This document shows, one piece after another, positions 26,719 through 36,178 of a stretch of DNA of 50,560 bases. The DNA is from a virus (lineage: Duplodnaviria; Caudoviricetes), in the IMG/VR virus record IMGVR_UViG_3300021519_000015, positions 1 to 50,560 of that record. The stretch is one strand, 5' to 3'. Made by a program: the position numbers and the translations under genes. The notes beneath the pieces were generated by a model. It was not told the DNA's origin. It saw nothing but the letters and a program-made list of their open reading frames with translations, and searched no databases. The stretch's first letter is position 1. Each line of letters begins with the position of its first letter.

Positions 26719-27866
26719 TGGCCAAGACTAAAGCCACGGCAGCCTCGCCGCAGGACACGCTTCGTCGCATACTGGACAAGCATGATGATGACACGCAGTA
26801 TAGCCACATTCTCGGCGAGGGAAAGGCCGTGGACCGATTCTATACACCCAAGCACTTCTATTCTACGGGCCTGCGCCTGCTGGATACGATCCTCGGTGGG
26901 CGAGGTGCTGAACGTGGAGGGTTCGGAAGCGGGCGCATCACGGAGATTTATGGTCCAGAGCGCACGGGCAAATCCGAGCTCCTGCAGAAGATCTGCGAGC
27001 GCTTCCTCACACAGTACGAGGACGGTATCTGCCTTGTGTTTGATCAGGAGCAGGCGTTCGATGAAAAGAAACTGGCATCAGTGCCGATATTCTCGTGTGG
27101 TCGAATGTCGATCATGTGGAGTCGTACGGCGGAGTCGCTGTTCCGCTCCATCGAAAAAATGGTCACCGAGATTCATGAGTCTGGCGAGACCACGCCGATT
27201 CTGATTGGCATAGACTCGCTTGCCGCCATGGAAACGGATGAGGAGGCCGACAAAACGCTGGAGGAGCACACGATGATGGGAATAGCCCGCATCCTCTCCC
27301 GCGCCATGAAGAAGATTCGCAACCCGCTGACCATGTCAAACGCACATCTCGTGGTTCTGAACCAGATCCGCGACAAGCCAAACGCAATGGCAGGAGCCGA
27401 GCCAGAAAGTCCCGGAGGTCGGGCGTTGAAGTTCGCTGCTGACTATCGCATCCGCACCATGAACAAGGGGCAGTTCCGGTTCAAGGCCGACAGTGGCAAG
27501 GGTGCGGACAAGGCAGCACCGGACGGCCTGCTTGTTGGGTTCAAGACCATCAAGAATAAGCTTGACATGCCGCTGCGGGTCGTGGAGATTCCGTTGCTCT
27601 TCCGTGGCACGGGAGGCGAACGGTCCGGGTTCTCCGACATGTGGTCAGTCTTCTACCAGCTCAAGCGCAGCAAGCTGCTCAAGGTCTCCGGCGGTCGATA
27701 CACGCTGGATGGCCTCGGTGAGACATTTGATATGACGCAGTGGCCGGAATTTTGGAACAGCAACGTGGTCATGCCAGTTATCGACGCGGCCCTTGTAAAA
27801 TGGCAGAACCGCATCATGCAACGCGATGGCGTGGTGTCGGTAGATGAAGATGACGATGAGGACTGA
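26718..27866 (+). CDS. recA: RecA/UvsX recombinase
   Basis: STG...LD..LG, GRITEIYGPERTGKS, IDSLAA, LNQIR, PGGRALKFAA, KNK. Confidence 0.95.
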   Translation: MAKTKATAASPQDTLRRILDKHDDDTQYSHILGEGKAVDRFYTPKHFYSTGLRLLDTILGGRGAERGGFGSGRITEIYGPERTGKSELLQKICERFLTQYEDGICLVFDQEQAFDEKKLASVPIFSCGRMSIMWSRTAESLFRSIEKMVTEIHESGETTPILIGIDSLAAMETDEEADKTLEEHTMMGIARILSRAMKKIRNPLTMSNAHLVVLNQIRDKPNAMAGAEPESPGGRALKFAADYRIRTMNKGQFRFKADSGKGADKAAPDGLLVGFKTIKNKLDMPLRVVEIPLLFRGTGGERSGFSDMWSVFYQLKRSKLLKVSGGRYTLDGLGETFDMTQWPEFWNSNVVMPVIDAALVKWQNRIMQRDGVVSVDEDDDED

Positions 27867-27900
27867 GAAATGATTCATCAGTGGCTTCGTTGCCGGTGCA

Positions 27901-27950
27901 GTTACGATGCTGGTTACGATGCTGGTTACGATGCTGGTTACGATGCTGGT
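27901..27950 (+). repeat. 12-bp tandem repeat x4 (encodes YDAG) within 61-aa ORF 27870-28055
   Basis: (GTTACGATGCTG)4. Confidence 0.95.
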
Positions 27951-27992
27951 CGTGTTCATTATCACCATGAACAGAATCGGCCCATGGAGATA

Positions 27993-28055
27993 ATGAGAGC
28001 GCTCTCCACAAACTCCGGCAATGGTGCTGTGATGACGTGGGTGACATGGACTTGA
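27993..28055 (+). pseudogene. Truncated copy of the 5' end of the methyltransferase gene at 28531
   Basis: MRALSTNSGNGAVMT vs MPGLSTNSGNDAVMT; 31 of 35 nt identical from CTCTCCACAAAC; ends at the TGA inside the following -35. Confidence 0.7.
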
Positions 28056-28080
28056 CAAGTGGCGATCGCTATGTTATTGT
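28052..28080 (+). promoter_or_regulatory. Sigma70-type promoter (leaderless)
   Basis: TTGACA-17-TATTGT; ATG 28088 is 7 nt downstream. Confidence 0.85.
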
Positions 28081-28087
28081 TTCGCAC

Positions 28088-28531
28088 ATGATAACAAAGT
28101 CACCAACAAAGTCACCAACAAATTCACCAACAAATTCACCAATTCTGTTCATTAATCGCAACGCCGGGCCATTTGTGGTGGTCGCGCGACTGACCGGCGT
28201 CAGTGCCGGTGATTGCGCAACCACGCTTGATGCCCATGGTATCAGCACAATGCCGAGCATCCCAATCCGCAAGCTGCTCAACATTTGCAAGAACAAACCC
28301 ACCACGGTCTGTCCGTGGGTCAACCTGCAAGGCTGCGCAGAAGTGGCTATCGCCATTGCACAGGCTGCCGCTGAGGCACATCGGGTTGGAGCAACGCACG
28401 GGTATAACTGCGGATTCAGTGGCGGCGCTGATCCGGGTCTGTGTCACTTTGCTCATGGAGACCCTCGGGCAAAGGAAAATACTCACTACAAGAAGGTGGG
28501 AGATAATTTCATACACAGGGCGCTGATCTGA
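28088..28531 (+). CDS. Hypothetical protein with N-terminal (T-K/N-S-P)4 repeat
   Basis: Start set by promoter spacing; 12-bp repeat AACAAA(G/T)TCACC x4 at 28093-28140. Confidence 0.7.
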   Translation: MITKSPTKSPTNSPTNSPILFINRNAGPFVVVARLTGVSAGDCATTLDAHGISTMPSIPIRKLLNICKNKPTTVCPWVNLQGCAEVAIAIAQAAAEAHRVGATHGYNCGFSGGADPGLCHFAHGDPRAKENTHYKKVGDNFIHRALI

Positions 28532-29076
28532 TGCCCGGCCTCTCCACAAACTCTGGCAACGATGCCGTGATGACACCGTTGTGGCTCGCCCAAGATTGCA
28601 TGGAGTGGGCTGGTACCGAGCCCGGAATGCGCGTTTACGAACCATGCTGTGGAGTCGACAGTGGGTTTACGGAGGCGCTATTGGGGCAGAGCGTGCGGTA
28701 CATTGCAAGCGGCAAGGAGCGTATGCTCGTCGAGTGGGCCGAGATCACGCTCGGACGCGACATGTTCGAACACGATCCGGGACAGGTTGATCTAGTCATC
28801 ACCAACCCACCGTATTCATTGCTTGGGAGATTCATTCCGCACATGCTGAACGTGATCCGGCCAACCCGCATGGTGCTGCTAGCACCGCTCACCAACCTTG
28901 TCACAAAGAAGCGCCTCCGCGACACCTTCGATGCAGGGTACTCCTTTAGCCGGATTCACATCGTGGAGCAGTTGCCACCACCAGCCGTGTGGCCTGCCTC
29001 CGGGTTCCAACAGTGCTTCGTGGAGTACTCGCAGGGCGATCACCGTACGCAGTGGACGCGCCCCAGTTTGCTGTAA
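28531..29076 (+). CDS. Short N6-adenine DNA methyltransferase-like protein
   Basis: D.VMTP, YEPCCG (motif I variant), LVITNPPYS (motif IV). Confidence 0.85.
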   Translation: MPGLSTNSGNDAVMTPLWLAQDCMEWAGTEPGMRVYEPCCGVDSGFTEALLGQSVRYIASGKERMLVEWAEITLGRDMFEHDPGQVDLVITNPPYSLLGRFIPHMLNVIRPTRMVLLAPLTNLVTKKRLRDTFDAGYSFSRIHIVEQLPPPAVWPASGFQQCFVEYSQGDHRTQWTRPSLL

Positions 29077-29077
29077 C

Positions 29078-29106
29078 TTGACAGATGCTCGGCTTGGTGC
29101 TATCCT
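29078..29106 (+). promoter_or_regulatory. Sigma70-type promoter (short leader with AAGGA)
   Basis: TTGACA-17-TATCCT; ATG at 29123. Confidence 0.75.
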
Positions 29107-29122
29107 TAGAAAGGATACCAAC

Positions 29123-29731
29123 ATGAAGAAGACAACTGACCAAATAGCACACGACTGCGGGATCAACGCATCACTACTCGGAGCCGTAGTCCACAACGTA
29201 AGGACTCCCGCGAATCAACCGGAGGAACAGCTGCACGAGGTCATCGGCGCGCTCTATCAGCGCATTGAGAATCTCGAAGTGGACAGCGATCAGTTAGCAC
29301 TGTTCCGCGATCTCTGCTGCGAGAAGTGCGGACACCACGCCCATCCGGATGAAGTGTGCGCCTTCTGCGAGAACGCAGAGCTGAAGCGGCGCATTGAGAA
29401 GCTGGAGGAGGACAAGCGTGAACCAGTGCTTAACCTAAACGAGTGCTGGACGTGCGGCTGCCTGACACACTGCTCGTCGTGCCCGCGCTGTGAAAGTAAC
29501 CTCGTGCCCGAAACGACGCAATCGGCAGACTTGGAAGCGTGTCGCGAGCGGATCAAGAAGCTGGAGGAGAAAAGAGACCGACTCAAGGAGACGATTCAGG
29601 CGATGCGAACCAACGCGACAGGGCTGAGGAACCCGGACGCATTCGCAAGACCAGACCTGCAACCGCTGCGCGACGCTTCCGCTCAATCGATGGAATTCTG
29701 GGCGCTGCGCATCGAAGATGAGGCGCTGTAA
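29123..29731 (+). CDS. Hypothetical protein with two Cys4 zinc ribbons and coiled coils
   Basis: CEKC...CAFC and CWTC...CPRC, each followed by RI(E/K)KLEE. Confidence 0.75.
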   Translation: MKKTTDQIAHDCGINASLLGAVVHNVRTPANQPEEQLHEVIGALYQRIENLEVDSDQLALFRDLCCEKCGHHAHPDEVCAFCENAELKRRIEKLEEDKREPVLNLNECWTCGCLTHCSSCPRCESNLVPETTQSADLEACRERIKKLEEKRDRLKETIQAMRTNATGLRNPDAFARPDLQPLRDASAQSMEFWALRIEDEAL

Positions 29732-29735
29732 CAAA

Positions 29736-30377
29736 CTACTCCTGCAGTCGGCTGAGCATCGCTGCCTGTAGCGGGGACTGGAAGGCAGACGCCGGAGCCG
29801 CGTGGATCGTAGCTTCAGGACGAGCATCGCCCTGTCGCAAAATCTCCGCCTCAGCCGTCACCCATAGCGGAATGCCGGTCTGGGCAAAGAACTTATCCAC
29901 GGACACGTACACCTTGCCGAGCTGGTAAACCCGCCCGTACAGCAGCAGCTCGTCGCCTGCTTCCGGATAGTAGTCCTGCATGCGCAGTTCCAGCACGGAG
30001 AGACCCATCTTGACCGGCTGTGAAAAGTCCCACCCGGTCTTTTGGAACTTCAGGTCCGGGTCTGCGTAGGTGCAGCCGGGGTGTAGGAAAACAGATCGCG
30101 TGAAGGTACGCTGGGCCGTCACCGGTTCATTGTACAAGTCATCGATCTCGGCTCCAGTTGAAGCTCGCGCCAGTTCCTTGAACGTCATCAGGGCGTAAGA
30201 TGTGGTTACGTATTCAAGGCAGATGCGCTGTGCCTCCACAATATCTTCCAGCCCGGACAATGCCTGCCGCGTCCGGGACACGTCGGCAGCAGCATTCATC
30301 AAGGCATCCAGCGTCAGCCCGGATCGGGCAAGAATGGCGGCATCATGCGGGAACAGGCGCTTGGCGTTGAAGTTCAT
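29736..30377 (-). CDS. Head closure/neck protein, T4 gp14-like
   Basis: IDDLYNEP....TF, K.G, PEAGDELL pattern; start at ATG 30377 overlapping the upstream stop; gp13-like gene nearby. Confidence 0.55.
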   Translation of the reverse strand: MNFNAKRLFPHDAAILARSGLTLDALMNAAADVSRTRQALSGLEDIVEAQRICLEYVTTSYALMTFKELARASTGAEIDDLYNEPVTAQRTFTRSVFLHPGCTYADPDLKFQKTGWDFSQPVKMGLSVLELRMQDYYPEAGDELLLYGRVYQLGKVYVSVDKFFAQTGIPLWVTAEAEILRQGDARPEATIHAAPASAFQSPLQAAMLSRLQE

Positions 30378-30871
30378 AATTGCGGGCGCAGCCACTTTTC
30401 GACGGTGCACGAAAACTTACTGTCGGCCCGTGCGTGTTGCTCAGTTTCTTTAAACCCAAACAGGCGAACCAGCATACGGGCGGCCACAATATTTGTACAC
30501 CAATTCCTGCATAGCACCGGACCCGGCGATTCCGCGAGTCCATGCTGTATTGCCGCCAACATGAGCTCATACCCAATCGTCCCACCCTGGTGCTCTGGCA
30601 AGACTGCCATATCAAACGAAAACCCAGAAAATTCACCTAGTTCGTTCGTTTGCGGCACTGTTAGTGCTTCAACTGCACCAACGACCGTATCGTCAAGCTG
30701 CGCCGTTAAAATGAGTGTAGCGTCAGCACGCGGATTGATCCCACTTTTGCGGAAAACTTCATAGGCTGCCTTGCCAACTATCCACGGGTCGCCATGGCTA
30801 TCATCGCACTCAACCCATGGTACAATGCAGAGTCTTTCACATAATGCATGGAAATCCGTGGGGCGCATCAT
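30374..30871 (-). CDS. GNAT-family acetyltransferase with shared leader
   Basis: MRPTDFHALCE leader; VVGA, FDMAVLPEHQGGTIGYELM (acetyl-CoA motif A), N..A..L...FGF. Confidence 0.8.
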   Translation of the reverse strand: MMRPTDFHALCERLCIVPWVECDDSHGDPWIVGKAAYEVFRKSGINPRADATLILTAQLDDTVVGAVEALTVPQTNELGEFSGFSFDMAVLPEHQGGTIGYELMLAAIQHGLAESPGPVLCRNWCTNIVAARMLVRLFGFKETEQHARADSKFSCTVEKWLRPQL

Positions 30872-31203
30872 AGTATAAGGTCGATGCGGAGGGCAGACGG
30901 CACAACCGTGGAATCAAGCGCGGAGGACAGGGCATCTTCGGCGCGTTTGGATACCGCTGCAGTGATGGCTGGCAGCAGCCGGACACGCGGAACGTCGGCT
31001 GCACCGAACTCCAGCTGCCGAAGGGCGAGCAGGGTTCGCTCTGGCAGACATAGCTGTCCGGCCTCATTTAGTTCAATTACCTGCGGCAACCCCGCAACTG
31101 CCGTCAGCAGCTCAGCTGGTGCGTGCAGCAATCGAACCTGCAAACGTGTACACACGGGTATCAGCGCCTCGCGGAGTTCGGGCGTTAGCTGCTTAAAGTC
31201 CAT
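30868..31203 (-). CDS. Hypothetical protein
   Basis: Start MDFKQL or upstream ATG 31218; coupled to the GNAT gene. Confidence 0.6.
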   Translation of the reverse strand: MDFKQLTPELREALIPVCTRLQVRLLHAPAELLTAVAGLPQVIELNEAGQLCLPERTLLALRQLEFGAADVPRVRLLPAITAAVSKRAEDALSSALDSTVVPSALRIDLIL

Positions 31204-31253
31204 GTCGCAGGTCACCATTCCTTATAATTAGCCTTTGTTGGCTACATATTGGA

Positions 31254-33434
31254 ATGGCAATTCTCAGCAACATTATTGGTGGCCTTACAAAGGGGGTAGA
31301 TGCATTGAAGATCAGCCTTGGTAGTAGCCAGAAAGCACTAGACGGACTAGCCAAACGCCAGAAAGCAAACTCTGCCACACAGGTAGCAGACATGGCTGCT
31401 ATTGAAAAGCGACTTAAAGAATTACGCATCGAGGCTGCTAAGCTTAAGCTCAACCCGGCCACGCTGCAGGCGGACCTTGATGCCGTTAGCGAACGAATTA
31501 AGCGAACCACCATTCGCCAAATGCAAAGGTCATCGGATTTGGAGGGTCAAAAACAAGCGGACCTACAGGAAACCGAGCGTGTCACCATGGCTACCGGGAG
31601 GGGCATGAAGGTGTTCAATGGGATCATGCAGGCTGGTACGGCAATTGCAACCATTGCCAAGGTTGGTGGTGTTGGATATGCGGATGCAGCCGTCAAGGCA
31701 GCCCGTGGCACCCACATGGCCGGACTGAGCATGCAGCACATGATGTGGCAGGGCATTAAGCTAGACCAGGCGCTCGGGCTTGGTGTCGAGGAGTCAGCTA
31801 ACCTGGTGGTTGGTTTAAACCAAATTGGCATGGCGGCAGGCAAGCGCTCAACGGACATGGAGGGGCTAGCCGTAAGCATTGGTGCGATTGGTCGACTCAG
31901 CGGCGTTGGGTCTGCAGCCGTGCTGGAGTTCTACGATGCTCAACTTCGCGTGGCTGGTGCAAGCAGCAACGGTGCCGCTGCCATTGCTAACCTTAGCGTA
32001 GAGGCGCAAAAAGCCGGTCTAACCGGCAAAGAGGCGTTTGAGGAGATGACGAAGCACGCCGACATGGAACTCGGCATGGATGATGCGGCCAAGCAGGAGT
32101 ATATGCGCCGCATGCTTGGGGCAGCTGCCACCATGAAGGCAGCTGGTGTCGACATGAAGGCGGCTGCTCCGAAGGCAGAGGGAACCGACCGTCTAACACA
32201 AGCTGCGATACTGGCGCAAGCAAGTGGTGGTACCATGTCGTCTAAAGACGTAATGGCCAAAATGTTTATGGCAGAGGCTGGAGACGATAAGGCCGTTCGA
32301 GACCTTGCCAAACTTAAATCTGCGCTAATCAAGCAAAACACCGGTTTCTCATCACAGGAGATTGTTAAGGCACGCGGAGACGCTGCTACTGGCGATCCGG
32401 AAGCGGTGAAGCGCTTTGCTGATATGCAAACGCGGATGGAAATGGCGATAGGTACACTCAACGATGTTGGAAAGGGTGTTCTCGGCACAGGTGGTACCTA
32501 TAACATTAATAACGAAATAGTTCGCCAAATGGCAATTGGTCCGACCAAAGAGGTGAAAGCTGGAAGCATCGAGGATACGAAAAAGGCGGCAACTGGGTTA
32601 ACGACGAGCTCAAGCATGACGACAGAGGATAGGAAGGCCGGAATGCAGGCAAATATTGCTGGAGTTGTTGCAGGTGCGAACAAGGCCAGCATCGAAGCAA
32701 CCAGTACATTTGTTGCCGGAGTGTCTATTGCTGCTGATGCGGCTACTACGCTTGGCGGGGCACTCAAGTCCCTAACAGATGCCGTTCTCGCCATCAAAGG
32801 TATCAAAGGTGCCTCAACACTAACCAAGGCTGGAACTAAGGCAACGGAAAAAGCTGTAGGCAAAGCTGCAGGCAAAGCTGCAGGCAAAATTGCAGGCAAA
32901 GCTGTAGGCAAAAGTCTTATCAAAAAAGTTCCGGTGCTTGGGCTTATCGCGGGTCTTGGGTTTGGGCTTCAGCGCTTGATGGAAGGAGACTTTATCGGGG
33001 CTGGCGCTGAGGTGCTTTCCGGGGCCGCAAGCATGGTGCCGGGACCTGGTACCGGAGCATCAATTGCAATTGATGCTGGGATAGCTGCCAGAGACATAAG
33101 CAAAGATCAGTCTGCCATTGATGCTGCCATTCCGGACTTTGATGTAAGCAAGCGCCCAGGGGGATACCTCCCAGATGATTACAACCCGGACAACATCGAC
33201 CTTGTTACACCACGCTCAGCCGCCATTGATGAGACCAGCTACGGGGACGGAACACCTCAAAGCATTGATCCTGAGCAGCACGAGCGTCTGCTTGCTCAAG
33301 GAAACACGGTTGCCGCCCGGCAGCTGGACTCACTGGCAGCAACACGTGATCTGAACGAGCAAATGTTAACAGCCATTCTGAACCTTGGCACAGACGGATT
33401 TAGCCCGCTGCTCTCTGGTGGGTCCCGTGTATAA
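31254..33434 (+). CDS. Tape-measure-like / baseplate hub protein
   Basis: 726 aa, Ala/Gly/Met-rich helical; GKSLIKKVPVLGLIAGLGFG..R..EGDFIGAG.E..SG.AS.VPG.GT block typical of T4-like tail-length proteins; 12-bp GKAA repeats at 32850-32909. Confidence 0.7.
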   Translation: MAILSNIIGGLTKGVDALKISLGSSQKALDGLAKRQKANSATQVADMAAIEKRLKELRIEAAKLKLNPATLQADLDAVSERIKRTTIRQMQRSSDLEGQKQADLQETERVTMATGRGMKVFNGIMQAGTAIATIAKVGGVGYADAAVKAARGTHMAGLSMQHMMWQGIKLDQALGLGVEESANLVVGLNQIGMAAGKRSTDMEGLAVSIGAIGRLSGVGSAAVLEFYDAQLRVAGASSNGAAAIANLSVEAQKAGLTGKEAFEEMTKHADMELGMDDAAKQEYMRRMLGAAATMKAAGVDMKAAAPKAEGTDRLTQAAILAQASGGTMSSKDVMAKMFMAEAGDDKAVRDLAKLKSALIKQNTGFSSQEIVKARGDAATGDPEAVKRFADMQTRMEMAIGTLNDVGKGVLGTGGTYNINNEIVRQMAIGPTKEVKAGSIEDTKKAATGLTTSSSMTTEDRKAGMQANIAGVVAGANKASIEATSTFVAGVSIAADAATTLGGALKSLTDAVLAIKGIKGASTLTKAGTKATEKAVGKAAGKAAGKIAGKAVGKSLIKKVPVLGLIAGLGFGLQRLMEGDFIGAGAEVLSGAASMVPGPGTGASIAIDAGIAARDISKDQSAIDAAIPDFDVSKRPGGYLPDDYNPDNIDLVTPRSAAIDETSYGDGTPQSIDPEQHERLLAQGNTVAARQLDSLAATRDLNEQMLTAILNLGTDGFSPLLSGGSRV

Positions 33435-33435
33435 C

Positions 33436-33464
33436 TTGACGACAACTTGCCAGCATGCTAAAAT
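33436..33464 (+). promoter_or_regulatory. Sigma70-type promoter (leaderless)
   Basis: TTGACG-17-TAAAAT; ATG 33471 is 6 nt downstream. Confidence 0.8.
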
Positions 33465-33470
33465 AATATC

Positions 33471-33806
33471 ATGAACCCAAACGACGACCCTAAAAATGGC
33501 CTGATTATGGCCGAAGGCTGGCGCAAAGCCGCTGGCATGCAACCGCTCCCGGACAATGCTCCGTACTCAGACCACCTGTGCCAGTCGTTGGCGTGGTTTA
33601 TCGCCATTTGCCTAATTTGCCCGTGGTGGGTGCCGGTGCTGATGGTCGGTGGCACGGTTTATACGGCAATAACGTGGCAGATGGTCAAGGGTGCCATGGA
33701 TGTTACGCCAATTGCGCAACGCTTGCCATGGTGGGTACCAACGCTGTTCATCGCTGTACCGGTTGTTATTGCATACGTCGCGTACGTTTACTACCAATGC
33801 CTTTGA
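33471..33806 (+). CDS. Small membrane protein
   Basis: Two to three hydrophobic helices, repeated PWWVP. Confidence 0.7.
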   Translation: MNPNDDPKNGLIMAEGWRKAAGMQPLPDNAPYSDHLCQSLAWFIAICLICPWWVPVLMVGGTVYTAITWQMVKGAMDVTPIAQRLPWWVPTLFIAVPVVIAYVAYVYYQCL

Positions 33807-33988
33807 GCGATGGTGAACCGAATCCGCACCCGGCTGCGCGCTGTCCATACTGCGGGCAAACGAAGGCAGTTGTGACGTGGCGATTCTGCTCCCGTTGGTG
33901 CATGGATTACAGCACCACAAAGCCGCGTGAGCTTTGGGCAATACCGCACGCGCCGGATGGCAACGAAGACCCTGGGCTGGAATACTGA
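33797..33988 (+). CDS. Small zinc-finger protein (YacG-like CxxC...FCSxxC)
   Basis: CPYCG...RFCSRWC. Confidence 0.5.
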   Translation: MPLSDGEPNPHPAARCPYCGQTKAVVTWRFCSRWCMDYSTTKPRELWAIPHAPDGNEDPGLEY

Positions 33989-34714
33989 TCAGTCGAAGAA
34001 CGGGGGTACCCGCTGTTGGAACTTCATCAGCTCATCCTGCAACTTCGTTTGATCCTCCCGAGCTTCAGAGATCAGAGCATCACCGTCTAGCGTCAACGAA
34101 TTGCCTCCTGGACCCGGCAATGTGTTCCCAAACTTACGGCGAGTTATTCCTAATTTTTCCTTGGCGTTAGCGAGCGACGCCCGGCGAATCCAGTCCTTGT
34201 GGACGAGCCGCACCTGTTCAAAAGACCGAGGAGCGAACACCCAAACACCAGCAATGGCTCCATTGACTGGATTGTAAATTCGAAGCGCCTGATTTTCTTC
34301 ATCCCACCAGTACTTGGCGTCCACTCCGGTTACTCGCATGAAGGTCTTGCGCCATGTCAGGAAGCTGGCGAAGTCCTGCGCCTGAACGTCGATGATCGGC
34401 GACACACCAACCAGGTTTGCCATAAACGGGCTGACCGTCATGCTGGCGTATACGAAGTCCACGCGCCACACGCTGTAAATCGGCCCCATATCTGCGGGCA
34501 GCTTGTAAACAGTGTTGGTGCTCGACGTGTTGATGCGCGTGTACAGAATCCGTGGGCAGCGACGGCTGTACGCGTGCAAGGATTCACTGATCGCTTGGTC
34601 TAGCAAGTCACTGGAGTCCATCCCAAATCCCTCCAGTCTCCAAGTGCCGCCACCGAGACTGGTGCGGATGTAGGCACGAAGTTCATCTAACGAGTACGAT
34701 TCAGATAGCAGCAT
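33989..34714 (-). CDS. Neck/head-tail adaptor protein, T4 gp13-like
   Basis: LRAYI...LG, DQAI, WIRR..LA.AKE.LG..R.KF...LPGPGG..TLDGDAL..EA....L.DEL. Confidence 0.85.
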   Translation of the reverse strand: MLLSESYSLDELRAYIRTSLGGGTWRLEGFGMDSSDLLDQAISESLHAYSRRCPRILYTRINTSSTNTVYKLPADMGPIYSVWRVDFVYASMTVSPFMANLVGVSPIIDVQAQDFASFLTWRKTFMRVTGVDAKYWWDEENQALRIYNPVNGAIAGVWVFAPRSFEQVRLVHKDWIRRASLANAKEKLGITRRKFGNTLPGPGGNSLTLDGDALISEAREDQTKLQDELMKFQQRVPPFFD

Positions 34715-34802
34715 ACTTGGCTCCCTTCCGCAAATTGTCGATCACCCACAATGGCTGCAGGTTCGTATTATGCGTTAACTTGTGGAATTGCGCCAATTTC
34801 AT
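34701..34802 (-). pseudogene. 33-aa mini-ORF: shared leader fused to an HNH-endonuclease-like C-terminal remnant
   Basis: Manual translation MKLAQFHKLTHNTNLQPLWVIDNLRKGAKYAAI. Confidence 0.55.
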
Positions 34803-34810
34803 CTGGATAA

Positions 34811-35230
34811 TTACTCTCCAGGTATAAGCACATTAACAACTGAGTCTTCATGGTAACCCGCGTCCTCGTCCGCGTCCTCGTCCGCGTCCTCGTCCGCGTC
34901 CTCGTCTTCCCATGGCGCTGTTCGACTGATGTAAGGCGATCCGTCTCCGTCATATCCATACCACAGATGCACCTTAGGGTTGGGCATCGGAACACCCTGT
35001 GCATCGAACACCAGTGTGGCGCATGAGACCTCGCCACCGCCATCCTGCACAAGCGTATCCTCCCGCTGTTCAGCGCACTGATTGGCTTCAGCTACTGTTT
35101 GGAATGGTCCGTATGCCTCAGCTTCCACACCGTCCAAAGTTCGAATGCCAATGGCGGCAATATACCCGTAAATTCCGAATTGAGGATTACGCTCGGTCTC
35201 TGTCAGTGTGCAAAATTGCACCGGTTTCAT
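34811..35230 (-). CDS. Acidic hypothetical protein with shared leader and (EDAD)n repeat
   Basis: MKPVQFCTLTE; 12-bp repeat x4 at 34859-34906. Confidence 0.75.
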   Translation of the reverse strand: MKPVQFCTLTETERNPQFGIYGYIAAIGIRTLDGVEAEAYGPFQTVAEANQCAEQREDTLVQDGGGEVSCATLVFDAQGVPMPNPKVHLWYGYDGDGSPYISRTAPWEDEDADEDADEDADEDAGYHEDSVVNVLIPGE

Positions 35231-35238
35231 CTGGATAA

Positions 35239-35958
35239 TTACTTCTTTGGAGATGCCTTGGCCACCACACGGATTTTGGCCTTTGCCTTAGGCTTCGCCG
35301 GTACATCCTTGATCAGCACAGCCTCCTGCGTTGGTGCCGGTGCCGGTTCCGCCTGCAAACCGGCGTTCGCAAGAACCTTGGCTAATACCGCTCGTACCAT
35401 CTGCCGTGTCTGCATACTGGCTCCACGGGCATCAGACATAGCAGAGCTTCGTGCAGCCAGCAGTGCCGGGTCAGCGCTTTGCAGGATCGGTTCGGCCACC
35501 GGCGGCTGGTCTGGCTCGCCGGGGTCAAGCATCTTACGTAGCGCGTGCGACTCACCGTACATCATTCCGAGCACCTTAATCATCTGGTCTGGTGTCAGCG
35601 CCAGCAGCTGGTTCGGGTCGAACATGATGGTCTCCCCGCGTTCGATAGCCAGCGCCAGCTTGTGGTAGCGGGACATGGAGTGGTGGCGCATAACCACCCC
35701 AGCCAAGTCCGTTCGAGCCTGCCACTGCGACAGCATGCGTTGCAGCTGCTGCAAGAACTCCGGAGTTACATCTGCCCCATCCGCGACGAACTGCAGCCCC
35801 TGCTGCAACATAGCCATGGAGGCTGACGGATTCGCCGGGAAGTTTTCCGGCTGCATAACTCGCTCCTCCAGCGTAACGGATGCAGCCTGTCGCAACCGCC
35901 CAGTCTCCGCACCTGTTGGTGGAATCGCTTGCTTGAACTCTGATGTCTGATCCGACAC
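35239..35958 (-). CDS. Hypothetical protein (helical, Lys-rich tail)
   Basis: Start placed at GTG 35958, right after the upstream stop. Confidence 0.65.
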   Translation of the reverse strand: MSDQTSEFKQAIPPTGAETGRLRQAASVTLEERVMQPENFPANPSASMAMLQQGLQFVADGADVTPEFLQQLQRMLSQWQARTDLAGVVMRHHSMSRYHKLALAIERGETIMFDPNQLLALTPDQMIKVLGMMYGESHALRKMLDPGEPDQPPVAEPILQSADPALLAARSSAMSDARGASMQTRQMVRAVLAKVLANAGLQAEPAPAPTQEAVLIKDVPAKPKAKAKIRVVAKASPKK

Positions 35959-35959
35959 G

Positions 35960-36145
35960 TTAATCGAGAAGTTGTATCGCGCGGTCGGCTGCCGCCAGCC
36001 ATGCGTCAGCTTGTTTCTTTTTCGACGGATCACTGACGAACGCCGCCCAGTCAGGTAGTACATCACCGTTGAAGGCAACGCCCCCTACGGCAGCGCAGTA
36101 CGCTTCGTAAATGGCCTCCGCCACGGTCTCTTTGAAGGTTATCAT
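35960..36145 (-). CDS. Small conserved phage hypothetical protein
   Basis: AIYEAYC.AVGG.AFNG..LP.W...QADAWLAAA pattern. Confidence 0.7.
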   Translation of the reverse strand: MITFKETVAEAIYEAYCAAVGGVAFNGDVLPDWAAFVSDPSKKKQADAWLAAADRAIQLLD

Positions 36146-36178
36146 GGTTAAGGAACACCCGTCTGCATTCCTAGTATT

